Assembly (NCBI GenBank): GCA_963799845.1
Contig: CAWCYI010000004.1
Span: 1,984,001-2,048,000 of the forward strand
Length of the DNA stretch: 64,000 bases
From: an uncultured Nitrososphaerota archaeon
Lineage (GTDB): Archaea > Thermoproteota > Nitrososphaeria > Nitrososphaerales > CADDZS01
Direction of reading: 5' to 3'
Below the pieces are notes generated by a model. That model did no database searches. It was not told the DNA's origin and saw nothing but the letters and a program-made list of their open reading frames with translations. A program made the translations under genes and the position numbers. The stretch's first letter is position 1. Each line of letters begins with the position of its first letter. Below are positions 42,199 through 51,738 of the stretch, piece by piece.

Positions 42199-45100
42199 CT
42201 ACCATTTTGCTACAACGGCATCATTGCCCTTAGTGTCGAGTGCGAATTCTTTCTCGACCTGTTCCTTCGCCACTTCGCCAACGTCAGCTTCCCGCCAAAC
42301 CCCAGGATTTTTCACGATGAGTTTTTCCAGAGGCGTATTGGTCCGCTTGCAGTAGATTGTGTAGATGGCCTCGTTTTCTTTAGAGACGATCTGCGGCATG
42401 AAAGGTGGGGGCATCGGTTGGATCAAATTGATTTCGTGGTTCAGCCGATTGTACCAGAACATCAGGTGCTTCGCTTGCTTCCTCTGGAAAATCTTGCTCA
42501 TCGTCATCTGCCTGACGATTTCTTTGTCCTCGTCGTCCGCAGCGAAAGTTGCCAGAAGATTTTCCAGCGGAGATTCAGAGTCCGTGCGATCACTCGTGAG
42601 GCCGCGCCAGAAAGTATTCGCAGCCAGCCGCCTGACCTGTGGGGAAATTTCGCGGGTTAGCTGGGTCGCAACGTCCATCGCCATCCCGAAACGCCTCGCA
42701 GACCTGACACCTTTCTCGATCTGATTTCTCATCTGGACGTTCTCGCGCATCGAGGGATTGTTAGTACCTGCATCCGCAGCCTCGTCCAGAATGGATCGCA
42801 TAGGCAACTGCGTATGCTTCATCTTCCATGCGAGGGCAGAGTACCAGACGTTGATCGCGTTCCGCAGCTCCATATCTACGGGTTTGTGGGTCTTGTCATC
42901 TGTCCACTGCCGCCCGAGGTTTCGGACCGCTATGATCCCCGCTGCCCTGTCGTAACCAAACTCGGGCCCTTCCGCGATAGCTTTCAACTCGTTCAAACAA
43001 TCGGGAATATCAATCGCGAAATTTTCGTACTTCTCGACTTTGATTATCCGGTCATACTTGGTCATCACTTCACCATTCAGCACGTCCAGATTGTCTACAA
43101 TGTTCAGGATCAAGACGGGAACGCCCTGTGGCGGTATCTCGACTTCCTCGGCGCAGAATTTGTACGAGATGTTGCCAGGCATATTCATGTACGGCATGAA
43201 GGCCAGTGTCGGCCAGTTCGACGTTTCAGAAAGCGGGATCAGTACCGGGGCTTTGTGTTCGATAACAGTCTGGGCTGCGAGACGCGAAAGAATCGTAGAT
43301 TTTCCTGAATTGTGAACGATGAGTCCACAGCTCAGGACGTCACTGTTTGTTCCTGGTACATGTAAGTCAAAAGTGTCGGCCTCACCAACTCTTTCAATGG
43401 AGAGGATAGTAGCACTTGCGAGATTCTTGCAGGTCCAGCTCGAATATCCGTCTCGGTAAGTGTTATCGGATAGAGTCCAGCCATTCGCAAAAGTATCAAA
43501 CGTTCCTCGTCCCGTTGTGAATCCTGATGCCAGCGATCCCCATTCGCTTCGATTACGAAAATGGAATTCTTGATCCGAGATTCTGGAAATAAGAATCTGC
43601 CCGCTACGTGTACGCACTTGTTCCAATCCCATTCCAAGTTCATCATGTCGAGGACACGCGATACGTCGCGATGACGGCAACCGATATTTCGGCAAATGAT
43701 AGTGATCCTCTTTTTGGGAGTCAGTTTCTCCCGAATAGTTCTGGCGCAAGTTCGGCTGCAAAAACGGCGTTTGCTTGCGACGGGCTGGAAGGTTCCCTTT
43801 AGACAGTCGGGGTTCTCGCATTTCTTTGGTGGCGCGCGCGCGCATACGAGTTTCTTTGCCAAAGGCGGCTATTCGATCTCCAACATTCAGATTTTCAAGT
43901 GTCTGCCATTGCCCACCCAACTGCAAGAATTTGTGATCTGCGGTCGCGAGGACGATGCCGCTGCTTGTGGTCAGGCGATAAAGCATTTGTCGCTTGTTTT
44001 GAATTGGGATTGCTGATCTGAAAGCAAAGCTACCGTCTCTTTCCAGGGAGAGAACTTTCAGATCCTTTTGCCCCATAACGTCAGCAATTCTCCGTGGACC
44101 CGAGATTGTCTCGATTTGTGTCTCTGCGGACAAGCATCCGGGGTCGCCCGCGAAAAACGAGACTACTGCATATTGAGGACTAGGCATGTAGCGAAAATCG
44201 TAATCAAAGTACGCCTGAACAGTTCCAGTGAGTTCTCCGCTTCGCCAGAAATCTTGATCGATTGTCTGGAAAATAGCGTCGCCTCGGAAGCCGTCCTGAA
44301 TCCGTTGCTTCGATTCATCCGTATCTCCGACCTTATCCCAGATAATTTGCAGAGGTTCGGAGTATTCCACTTCTGCCCTAAACTTGTTGATCAGCGGCCC
44401 CTCGGTTAGAGCCATCATCTCTCCGAAAACTTGGTGGATCTGTTCCCACTCCGCGCCGAACTGAACTTTGTGATACTCTTTCAGCCAGCCGATACACTGC
44501 ACGTTGCTGGCTACTCGAAACAGATCCTGAATGTTGAAGTACCGCTTTGATCCGCCAATTTTGTCAATCGGTGTTTTCAAATCCAGCCCATTGTAAGCCG
44601 CGTAAATCATCAGTTGCAAGATCGCTTTCTCGTCGATGCTCGTGTTTTGCTCTCCGCGAATTGTCTCGAAGTGGAGATCTGAAAGGTAGCGTCGGTACTC
44701 CAAGTTGGAAATCTGAAAATGCTTCCAGCCGTAAGCCTCGTTCACGTCATCCATCAATGTAATGAGTGTCATGTATGCAGCAGCGTAAGCTTTCTCCATC
44801 GCCTCGTACGCGTACCATCCAGCCACGATAGCAGCGTCAGGTTCCACGCCCCTCATTGCAAACATTTCCTCAATTCTCGCGTAATCGTTCACGATTGCGT
44901 TTTCCAGCCTTTCGTACAAATCCTCGATGTTCAGGTTGAGGTCTGCGTAGTCGCTGGTCGCGATCCCCCGCCACGCCCTAGCGTTCCTATCTGAGACTTG
45001 CATCATGCGGTACTCGATGATCGTTTCGAGCTCTCGGGCATCCCGCTTTCTGCGGTTCTTCAAGTCGATTACTTGCAGCATGGTATTGTAGACACCGAGC

Positions 45101-45387
45101 GCGGCGTACATTTTCTCGCGCCATCCGAGAAAGGTCGCTAGACGCTTTTCGTGAACTTGAGCTCGGAAGGCAAATCGATTGAACTGCTCCAGTCCGTTGA
45201 ACCCGGCCATAATGCCCTTAATCTGCATCAAGAGGCCATATCGCTGATCGGCAATGCTGGTCGGATCAGCCTCCATCCTTTCCTGCGCGGCTTTTTGATC
45301 ATCCTCGAACTTCTGCGCCTCGTTCTGGAAAGTTTTCGCTACATTTTGCGGTGCGTATTCGTTGGAAACGCCAGAATCTTGAGCCAA
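42199..45387 (-). CDS. Large FtsK/HerA-like P-loop ATPase (packaging/secretion-type candidate) with intein
   Basis: Spliced Walker A GDPGSGKS; Walker B ILDEA; ARRFG; VATQ; long helical N-terminus. Confidence 0.8.
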   Translation of the reverse strand: MAQDSGVSNEYAPQNVAKTFQNEAQKFEDDQKAAQERMEADPTSIADQRYGLLMQIKGIMAGFNGLEQFNRFAFRAQVHEKRLATFLGWREKMYAALGVYNTMLQVIDLKNRRKRDARELETIIEYRMMQVSDRNARAWRGIATSDYADLNLNIEDLYERLENAIVNDYARIEEMFAMRGVEPDAAIVAGWYAYEAMEKAYAAAYMTLITLMDDVNEAYGWKHFQISNLEYRRYLSDLHFETIRGEQNTSIDEKAILQLMIYAAYNGLDLKTPIDKIGGSKRYFNIQDLFRVASNVQCIGWLKEYHKVQFGAEWEQIHQVFGEMMALTEGPLINKFRAEVEYSEPLQIIWDKVGDTDESKQRIQDGFRGDAIFQTIDQDFWRSGELTGTVQAYFDYDFRYMPSPQYAVVSFFAGDPGCLSAETQIETISGPRRIADVMGQKDLKVLSLERDGSFAFRSAIPIQNKRQMLYRLTTSSGIVLATADHKFLQLGGQWQTLENLNVGDRIAAFGKETRMRARATKEMREPRLSKGNLPARRKQTPFLQPNLRQNYSGETDSQKEDHYHLPKYRLPSSRRIACPRHDELGMGLEQVRTRSGQILISRISDQEFHFRNRSEWGSLASGFTTGRGTFDTFANGWTLSDNTYRDGYSSWTCKNLASATILSIERVGEADTFDLHVPGTNSDVLSCGLIVHNSGKSTILSRLAAQTVIEHKAPVLIPLSETSNWPTLAFMPYMNMPGNISYKFCAEEVEIPPQGVPVLILNIVDNLDVLNGEVMTKYDRIIKVEKYENFAIDIPDCLNELKAIAEGPEFGYDRAAGIIAVRNLGRQWTDDKTHKPVDMELRNAINVWYSALAWKMKHTQLPMRSILDEAADAGTNNPSMRENVQMRNQIEKGVRSARRFGMAMDVATQLTREISPQVRRLAANTFWRGLTSDRTDSESPLENLLATFAADDEDKEIVRQMTMSKIFQRKQAKHLMFWYNRLNHEINLIQPMPPPFMPQIVSKENEAIYTIYCKRTNTPLEKLIVKNPGVWREADVGEVAKEQVEKEFALDTKGNDAVVAKW
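43309..44136 (-). mobile_element. Intein (276 aa) inside Walker A
   Basis: CLSAET...; block B ATADHKF; TFDLHV...IVHN|S. Confidence 0.9.
43332..43862 (-). CDS. Zn-finger + DUF559/Vsr-like endonuclease in the +1 frame inside the intein
   Basis: CENPDC...RRFCSRTC; VIEANGDRWH; RDEERLILLRMAG...LTETDI. Confidence 0.65.
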   Translation of the reverse strand: MAKKLVCARAPPKKCENPDCLKGTFQPVASKRRFCSRTCARTIREKLTPKKRITIICRNIGCRHRDVSRVLDMMNLEWDWNKCVHVAGRFLFPESRIKNSIFVIEANGDRWHQDSQRDEERLILLRMAGLYPITLTETDIRAGPARISQVLLSSPLKELVRPTLLTYMYQEQTVTS

Positions 45388-45481
45388 AAGTCGTCCTCAG
45401 CACAAAAAGGTAGTAGAAATGTTGGGCGGATGCTCTCCCCGGATCACCATCGAGGAAGCTACGGCGGCGTAACTGCAATCC

Positions 45482-45521
45482 TAGCGCGCGCGCTAAAGTG
45501 TCGTACATTTGCATTTTACTT
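45482..45521 (+). promoter_or_regulatory. Perfect 14-bp palindrome TAGCGCGCGCGCTA + TGTCGTACA + GCATTTTACTT
   Basis: Between divergent starts at 45387 and 45525. Confidence 0.6.
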
Positions 45522-45524
45522 TAG

Positions 45525-45995
45525 GTGGAACGTACGGAAACTGAAACAAAAGGAATAGCTGAGCTTGAAGAGATCAATCCCGCACCGCCCGCTGCAAAGC
45601 GACTGGCGGTCGACTTTCGCGCAGACAACTATCTGCGTGACAAGATAGAGTATTTCAAGAAGGTTCTCTGCCGACTCAGAGGAACCGATGAGAGTGCTAC
45701 CAGCGAGATAACCGATTCCGTGATCCTGAAAGGAGTAACTGACTTTGGGATCAGCTTTTTTGACGGTCTTGAAAGAGAGACGGCGAAGAAGCATGGAAAC
45801 TTCCGTCGCACAATCTATCATTATTGGTTCACCGCAGAGTCTTGGAAAGGCCACGGACTTACCTGGAAGGATTCGGCTAAACGCGCCGCCCTCGATTTCG
45901 ATGAAAGGACATTAGGGAAGGTCGCAAAGGAAGCACTCACGCAGCTCGGTCGTTCAGATGTTTTCAGGGAACCCGAGCCGTCCGCGTCCCAATAG
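45525..45995 (+). CDS. Hypothetical protein
   Basis: First gene of a tight + strand operon. Confidence 0.65.
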   Translation: MERTETETKGIAELEEINPAPPAAKRLAVDFRADNYLRDKIEYFKKVLCRLRGTDESATSEITDSVILKGVTDFGISFFDGLERETAKKHGNFRRTIYHYWFTAESWKGHGLTWKDSAKRAALDFDERTLGKVAKEALTQLGRSDVFREPEPSASQ

Positions 45996-46010
45996 AGGAC
46001 TGTCTGCAAA

Positions 46011-46835
46011 TTGAAAGCAGAACGGGCAGTGTCGATAATCTGCCTTCTCATAGTTTCCTTTAGCTTTCTCGGCATCGCGGAAACACACGTCGAGGCGGCA
46101 GGCGGACAATTTGGAAATTCTACGAACAGCAGCTCCGTAAATTCCACGAGTACCGCATTTTCGGCCATCCCCAATAACACAGTCTCGGCGATCATAACAA
46201 CGACGACGAATTTCAGCCTGACAACTACCAACAGCAGTAGCGGATTCCAGAACGCGACCGTGGGATCGCAGTACGTCGTCGGCGTTGCCCCCCAAGTTAT
46301 CTATGGCGGTTTCAGCCCAGCTACATTCGTCGTGAATTTCTTCCACACGGGAGTGATCAATACGAGCGTGGACGCGCTTAACAGCGGCCTCTACACCTAT
46401 TTGGCTCAGAACGGCAATCCCACGTCCTCGATCAGTTTCAATCTGAATTCGTCCGACACTTACATCATCTTCATTCAAATTACGTACCCGTATGCCATCA
46501 GTTCTAATCTGACTTGGCGACTCACGGATCCGGGGCAGTTTCCCTCGGGCGGGTCCGAAGGTTTCGTGAAAACCAATATCATTGATTTGGAATTTCAGAT
46601 CAGCTTGCTCGAATACTTTTCAATTCCCTCGGCTGCTCAGATCGCCAACGCCACGGTCTTTGCCGAGCATGATTATCTGGATGAGCAAGTTGTGGATCTT
46701 CACAACGAAGAATTGAATTTCGAGCAGACGACCAACATGATTGTCTTTTGGGATAATATCGGAGTGATCATTGCGGTTATAATCACCGTAATTGCTGCAA
46801 TCTTCATGTACAGGCAGGCGAATAAGATCCGATGA
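46011..46835 (+). CDS. Exported membrane-anchored glycoprotein-like protein
   Basis: Signal peptide, many N-x-S/T sites, C-terminal TM. Confidence 0.75.
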   Translation: MKAERAVSIICLLIVSFSFLGIAETHVEAAGGQFGNSTNSSSVNSTSTAFSAIPNNTVSAIITTTTNFSLTTTNSSSGFQNATVGSQYVVGVAPQVIYGGFSPATFVVNFFHTGVINTSVDALNSGLYTYLAQNGNPTSSISFNLNSSDTYIIFIQITYPYAISSNLTWRLTDPGQFPSGGSEGFVKTNIIDLEFQISLLEYFSIPSAAQIANATVFAEHDYLDEQVVDLHNEELNFEQTTNMIVFWDNIGVIIAVIITVIAAIFMYRQANKIR

Positions 46836-47865
46836 TAACTCCACTCGCCGTTAGCGTCGGAACAATCGCGACCAGCATAGTAGAAATTTTTGTAATCCTG
46901 GTGGTCATCGCTGTTGGATTTCTTTTCATCTTCCGAGACATTAGACCAGCTTGGAGAGAAGGCACAGCACTTGGGGCTTTCAAGATCTTTCTTCGGACCA
47001 GCGATGGGATCGACGATGTATCTACTAGCTGCGTTGATCTAACCTTCCAGATCAAACATGCTGGCGGGGCCGTCCTAAAGATGTTGTCCAGTGTAGTTAG
47101 ATCCAAAAACTTCGAGGTCGATGATGCTCAAAGACGGGAATTCCTCGCATTGATCCTCAGCTACCAATCCTGCGGATTTCATAGGCGATGGAAATTTTCA
47201 ATGGGCTTTGGTCGGCCTCAAATCTTTCCTTTCGAGGAAGCGAGCTCTTTGGTGTCTCCTGGAAAAGGACAGGACTTTCGGATCATATGCCCGCCCCTCA
47301 TCAAAGAGGAACTATTCCTGGGGTGGACTCATCACAAGAAATATCATCGACGGTGATTTCGTTCCGATCCCTTTCCCACTAGATCTGGGAAACATTGGTG
47401 CAGATATTTACTCGGGGTTCTTCATTCCCACGTCCGTTATCCACAGCCAGAAAGCGGACATGGCCAGGGCAAGCATAGAAAAAATGACGACGCTTTACGC
47501 ACAATTTTTCAGCCTGCTTTCTACTGCACAGCCATCGGCCCAGCTGATCGAATCGAAGGACAAATACATCGCTGACCTGGAAGCTCTTAGACGACAGGAT
47601 CAGGAAACAATCGCGGGTCTGTCTGCAAAGGGAATTGCCGACACTTACACAGGAAAGGGCTTAGTCAAACTTTCTGGCGGTGCAGGCAAAACCCCCATTG
47701 TCAGAGGACAGAGGCAGTGGCTCACGTATCTGCTGATCTGGTTGATACCAATGATTGCCGTGGGAATCGCTGCGGCCGTTGCACCAAAATCATCGATCTT
47801 TGCTTTCGTGGGCCTAGTCAGCTGCCCTTCCAGTGATCACCATGATCCTGAGCATACGGAGATGA
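46832..47865 (+). CDS. Membrane protein (split by 1-bp insertions at ~47158 and ~47819)
   Basis: Corrections give ...LILATNPADFIGDGNFQWALVGLKSF... and ...GLVAALPVITMILSIRR*. Confidence 0.7.
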
Positions 47866-47869
47866 AAAT

Positions 47870-48877
47870 TTGTCCGCACTAACGAGCATCCGCCTCTTAC
47901 GGGAAATTGAAGCGATCACCAGCCGACGCAAAACACACCAAGACAAATTCGAGGCTCTAATAAAATTCGTGAACGACGACGCGCAATTTCTGAAAGACAC
48001 TGGCGAGAAATTCTCTCAAACGGTGGGAGATTGGTCGCCCTTTGTCATCGAACCCACGGTCGGAGCTTTCTTCAACGCACAGATCCAGAATCAGACACCA
48101 GCTCTGATCACCCCCTCGGGTCAAGCCGCGCTGTTGCCTCAAACAATCATGCAGCAGCAGCAGCCGCTAAATCTCCAAAATGGTGTCGGAGCTAACGCGG
48201 GGAAAGTTGCGAAATTTCTCTCGGGGTGGCAACAGGTCATCATCGCTTGCGTGGTTCTCGTTTGCATAACTATCATCGTGTCTGCTCTAGTAATTTACAA
48301 ACTGATCAATCCGATTCTCGGTCTGGAAATTGCAGTACTTGTAATTGGGATCACCATCGGCCTCATCTTCGTCGCGCCAATCGTGATCAAGTTTCTGGAC
48401 AGGAAAGAGCTTCAAGAGATCGAGACTAAAATCGAGCCGACGATGCGGGATATGTTCCGCGATATGGACGACACTTACATTACGGGAGTCTTTCTCACGA
48501 AGTATTTGGCGGGTTCAAAGAACGCCGAGCAGATCACAGTACAGGTAAAGAAATCGATAGCGAGAGAGTTACAGGACGTTCTACACGCAAGTATCGTTCC
48601 GATTGATCCGTCAGCCGCGCCCCAAAATCAGACAGGAATGTATCAGGTAACTTTCACCGCGTACTCTGCGATAACCGCGATGAAAGACGAGCTCCTGACA
48701 AGTGTTCCCAAACAGGCGCAGGTAATCTTCCGTGGTTACATTTTGGATCTGGCGCGGCAGATCTATTTCATTTCAGACCGATCGTACTCTCAATTACTCG
48801 AAGCAAACAAGCTCAGCGCGAAGGAAGTTGCCACGGGCCTCTCAAGCAAAGGGATCAACTCGGACGTAGCAGGGTGA
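47870..48877 (+). CDS. Membrane protein with two central TMs
   Basis: Hydrophobic hairpin with helical flanks. Confidence 0.75.
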   Translation: MSALTSIRLLREIEAITSRRKTHQDKFEALIKFVNDDAQFLKDTGEKFSQTVGDWSPFVIEPTVGAFFNAQIQNQTPALITPSGQAALLPQTIMQQQQPLNLQNGVGANAGKVAKFLSGWQQVIIACVVLVCITIIVSALVIYKLINPILGLEIAVLVIGITIGLIFVAPIVIKFLDRKELQEIETKIEPTMRDMFRDMDDTYITGVFLTKYLAGSKNAEQITVQVKKSIARELQDVLHASIVPIDPSAAPQNQTGMYQVTFTAYSAITAMKDELLTSVPKQAQVIFRGYILDLARQIYFISDRSYSQLLEANKLSAKEVATGLSSKGINSDVAG

Positions 48878-48881
48878 TAGA

Positions 48882-50294
48882 TTGTCTGGAATAACTAATT
48901 TCGTCCACTCTAATCTTGCTGCTATGGTCGAGGTCATAGTGCTGATCTGGATCGTAGCTATGGTCATCTTGTTCTATTTGTATTGGAAGAAGGGTCGTCT
49001 TGAGGGAATAGGCAAAGACGTGAGGGCCATCGAGCAGAAGGTAACCGCTGCAACGGGGAAGATCTTTTGCCCCAAATGTGGAAAGCAGATGGATATGGCG
49101 AAGCCATGCGAGAGTTGTGGATACGACCTGAAAAATCCACCGACGACAGGGCAGACAGAAGCTCCAATGATCACTGCCGCCACTTCTCCAACATCAGAGA
49201 TAGACCTTGGCCACGGTTTCAAGATCAGAGGACATGGCGGGTTCATCGACAATCTGCAAGAGGCTCTACTATCGCCCTCACTCGCTAGTTTGAAGAATAA
49301 CGGCAACGGAACGAAAGAACATGCTATACCACAGACTACGATGAAGGATCCATCACCACCAACACCGTCAGTGACGATCAAGAAAGATGAGCCGACTTTG
49401 GATCAGCTCGTCGATCAAAGAATCGCAACATTGCCGAGCATGGACACGGGTAAGCTGATCGCTCTAAAGACCGAGTTAGACACTCAAGTAGAAACGTATC
49501 AGTCTGCTGTATCGGAGCTGAACATGGAGCTCGGACCATATCGACGGCTACAAAAGGCGACCACGCGAAATCTGATCACAAATCTTGTGAAAGACGGGGC
49601 AATAGACCTGAACGCAAATCCAGAGCTAAAGAGTTTGATCAACGCACCACCCGAAGGTTCGCAGATTATCGACACGTCGAAAGCTTTGCCATCTGATCAT
49701 CCTGTTCTAACGCCACAGCCCGCACTCGCAGCAACAGCTCCCCCAAAGCCTCAGCCGCCACCCGAACCTGAACCGGCTAAGTCAGAGCCAAACGGTCCAG
49801 AGCCAACCAATCCAGAAGATATGGGACACACCGATCCGAATCCAGAACAGCAACATGAAAGTATTCAGAAAGAGCCTGCTATCGAATCCCCGTCAGGAGA
49901 GCCGACTGAGCTGGGTAATACTACCCCTATTACAAACGTGAAGAAAACCGCAAAGGCCGGTCGGTCCAGAAAACGAAAGAGGCAAGAACAAGTACCACCC
50001 GAGGAACCAAAGGATACAGAACCAAAGGATGAACCACCGACACATGAAACTGCCCTAAGTTCAGGATCCAGCCAGCAGTTAGTTGTGCAGACTTATCTAA
50101 ATGAGCAACCGACGAAGGAAGAAACTCAATCAGAGGAATCTGAGGAAGCAGAGTCCGCGTCAGAACACGGTGAGGAATTTGCAGATACGGGATTCTTCGT
50201 AAGCCAGCACTCTGACCCAGAGGAAGGTAACACTGAGGAAGATACTGATGAAGAATCTAGCAACGGCAACAGCGAGGACGAAGATGGCTCTTAA
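48882..50294 (+). CDS. TM + double Zn-ribbon + coiled coil + Pro/acidic disordered tail
   Basis: CPKC...CESC; PEPEP; EEDTDEE. Confidence 0.78.
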   Translation: MSGITNFVHSNLAAMVEVIVLIWIVAMVILFYLYWKKGRLEGIGKDVRAIEQKVTAATGKIFCPKCGKQMDMAKPCESCGYDLKNPPTTGQTEAPMITAATSPTSEIDLGHGFKIRGHGGFIDNLQEALLSPSLASLKNNGNGTKEHAIPQTTMKDPSPPTPSVTIKKDEPTLDQLVDQRIATLPSMDTGKLIALKTELDTQVETYQSAVSELNMELGPYRRLQKATTRNLITNLVKDGAIDLNANPELKSLINAPPEGSQIIDTSKALPSDHPVLTPQPALAATAPPKPQPPPEPEPAKSEPNGPEPTNPEDMGHTDPNPEQQHESIQKEPAIESPSGEPTELGNTTPITNVKKTAKAGRSRKRKRQEQVPPEEPKDTEPKDEPPTHETALSSGSSQQLVVQTYLNEQPTKEETQSEESEEAESASEHGEEFADTGFFVSQHSDPEEGNTEEDTDEESSNGNSEDEDGS

Positions 50295-50336
50295 CGGCCG
50301 ATCTTTAAGGTAAGAGTCCAGATTATCGGCCTTTAA
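50291..50336. terminator. Inverted repeat between convergent operons
   Basis: TTAACGGCCGAT ... ATCGGCCTTTAA. Confidence 0.5.
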
Positions 50337-50362
50337 CAAATAAAGCGAGCGTCGGAAAGTCG

Positions 50363-50689
50363 TCAGCCAACGGCTGGAAGCTGGTTTGCCAGCATCCGAC
50401 CTAATTTCTCGACGTGTTCAACGGTTATCTCGGGCAGCAGGATAGATCCGTAGGCTCTGTGCCGATCACGACCTTCGAGCATTGGAAAACGTCTGATTCT
50501 CCCACGGGCGTAGAGCCTGTTCACCGAATTCTGAGTCTGCCACCGAGTAGTGGATAACTCTTTCATTATTTCTGAGACACCCAAGTAGGCGAGTCCAGTT
50601 TTCTGATCTTCTTCCGTCAGGGCGCGAGCCTTTGAGTCGAGCAGCGCGAGGATTTTCTTCTGTGTGTGTCCTCGGCGGATCGCGCTCAT
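50363..50689 (-). CDS. Winged helix-turn-helix protein
   Basis: LGVSEIMKELSTTRWQTQNSVNRLYARGRIRR. Confidence 0.7.
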   Translation of the reverse strand: MSAIRRGHTQKKILALLDSKARALTEEDQKTGLAYLGVSEIMKELSTTRWQTQNSVNRLYARGRIRRFPMLEGRDRHRAYGSILLPEITVEHVEKLGRMLANQLPAVG

Positions 50690-51726
50690 TTGCTAACGAT
50701 CTGTTCCTCGCGCTCGTACATTTCTTTGATAGCTCGCGCCACGTCGAGCTTTTCTAAAAACTCGATCCGTTCCCTCAAGTCAGAGGACAATAGGTGCTTT
50801 CTCTCCGCGAGATATTCAACACACTTGCCAGCCTGTTTTCCGAGGAACGCTGGTGATGGCGGTTCGTCTTTTCTGGGCTTGGATCCGGATTTACCTTTCT
50901 CGCCCTCAGTCTCGCCCTGGGGAGCTTCGATCTGAGCAGGCTTGCCCATCCGCAGCCGTTTCCTGTTGATCACACTCGCTTTCGCAAAATCTGTAATCTC
51001 GGGCATCGGCTTGTTGTCGGCGATCATTTTCAAAAGTTCGAGGCGATCCGATTTGTCCTTCACTTGAGTAACAAGAGCTAGGTGCGGTTCTTTCATGTTC
51101 TTCACGATGTTGTTCCGAAGTTCCACCGCGTCTTTGATACCTTCCTGCTCGTCCAAAACTTCATCCATCGTTGCAGCGATCTGCAAACAAGTAGCAATGC
51201 GGTCCCGAGCTTTGTTGAAAAAGTCTGCGAGTCCAGGCACGTCGCATTTCAGAATCTTGCGCCCGATCATGTAGAGCTTTCCTTCTTCGTACATCTTGAG
51301 CTGTCGCCGCTGCAAGTTGTCGTCTGCCACGATTTTCATTACGACTAGCTGGCTGACGTTATCGAGGCATTGAAACTCTGCACTTTTGACCTCGGGCATG
51401 AACATCTTGATCGCGCTGCAACGCCTGTGTCCGGTAACTAACTCGTAATAGCCATCTTTCGCTTTTCTCGGATCGGAGTGAGGCACGATGATAGGGCGGG
51501 AGATCAGGCCATTCGCTCTAATGCTGTAAGCGAGCTCTTCCAACCCTTTGCGATCTTCGTAACCGAAAATTCGAGTCTGGTACTTGGACATTACAAGATG
51601 ATCCATGAACGCCGTTACGATATGCGAGTCGAAATTTCGGAGCTTCCCTGCGACCGTGATCTGATCATGCTTCTCGCTCGATGAAACGTGTTCGGGGTTT
51701 TGGCCTTCCTGTGCCGGCATTACCAT
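50686..51726 (-). CDS. ParB/Srx-family protein
   Basis: LEELAYSIRANGLISRPII, YELVTGHRR and DNLQRRQL motifs, then an HTH. Confidence 0.85.
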   Translation of the reverse strand: MVMPAQEGQNPEHVSSSEKHDQITVAGKLRNFDSHIVTAFMDHLVMSKYQTRIFGYEDRKGLEELAYSIRANGLISRPIIVPHSDPRKAKDGYYELVTGHRRCSAIKMFMPEVKSAEFQCLDNVSQLVVMKIVADDNLQRRQLKMYEEGKLYMIGRKILKCDVPGLADFFNKARDRIATCLQIAATMDEVLDEQEGIKDAVELRNNIVKNMKEPHLALVTQVKDKSDRLELLKMIADNKPMPEITDFAKASVINRKRLRMGKPAQIEAPQGETEGEKGKSGSKPRKDEPPSPAFLGKQAGKCVEYLAERKHLLSSDLRERIEFLEKLDVARAIKEMYEREEQIVSK

Positions 51727-51738
51727 TCTTTTCCACCA

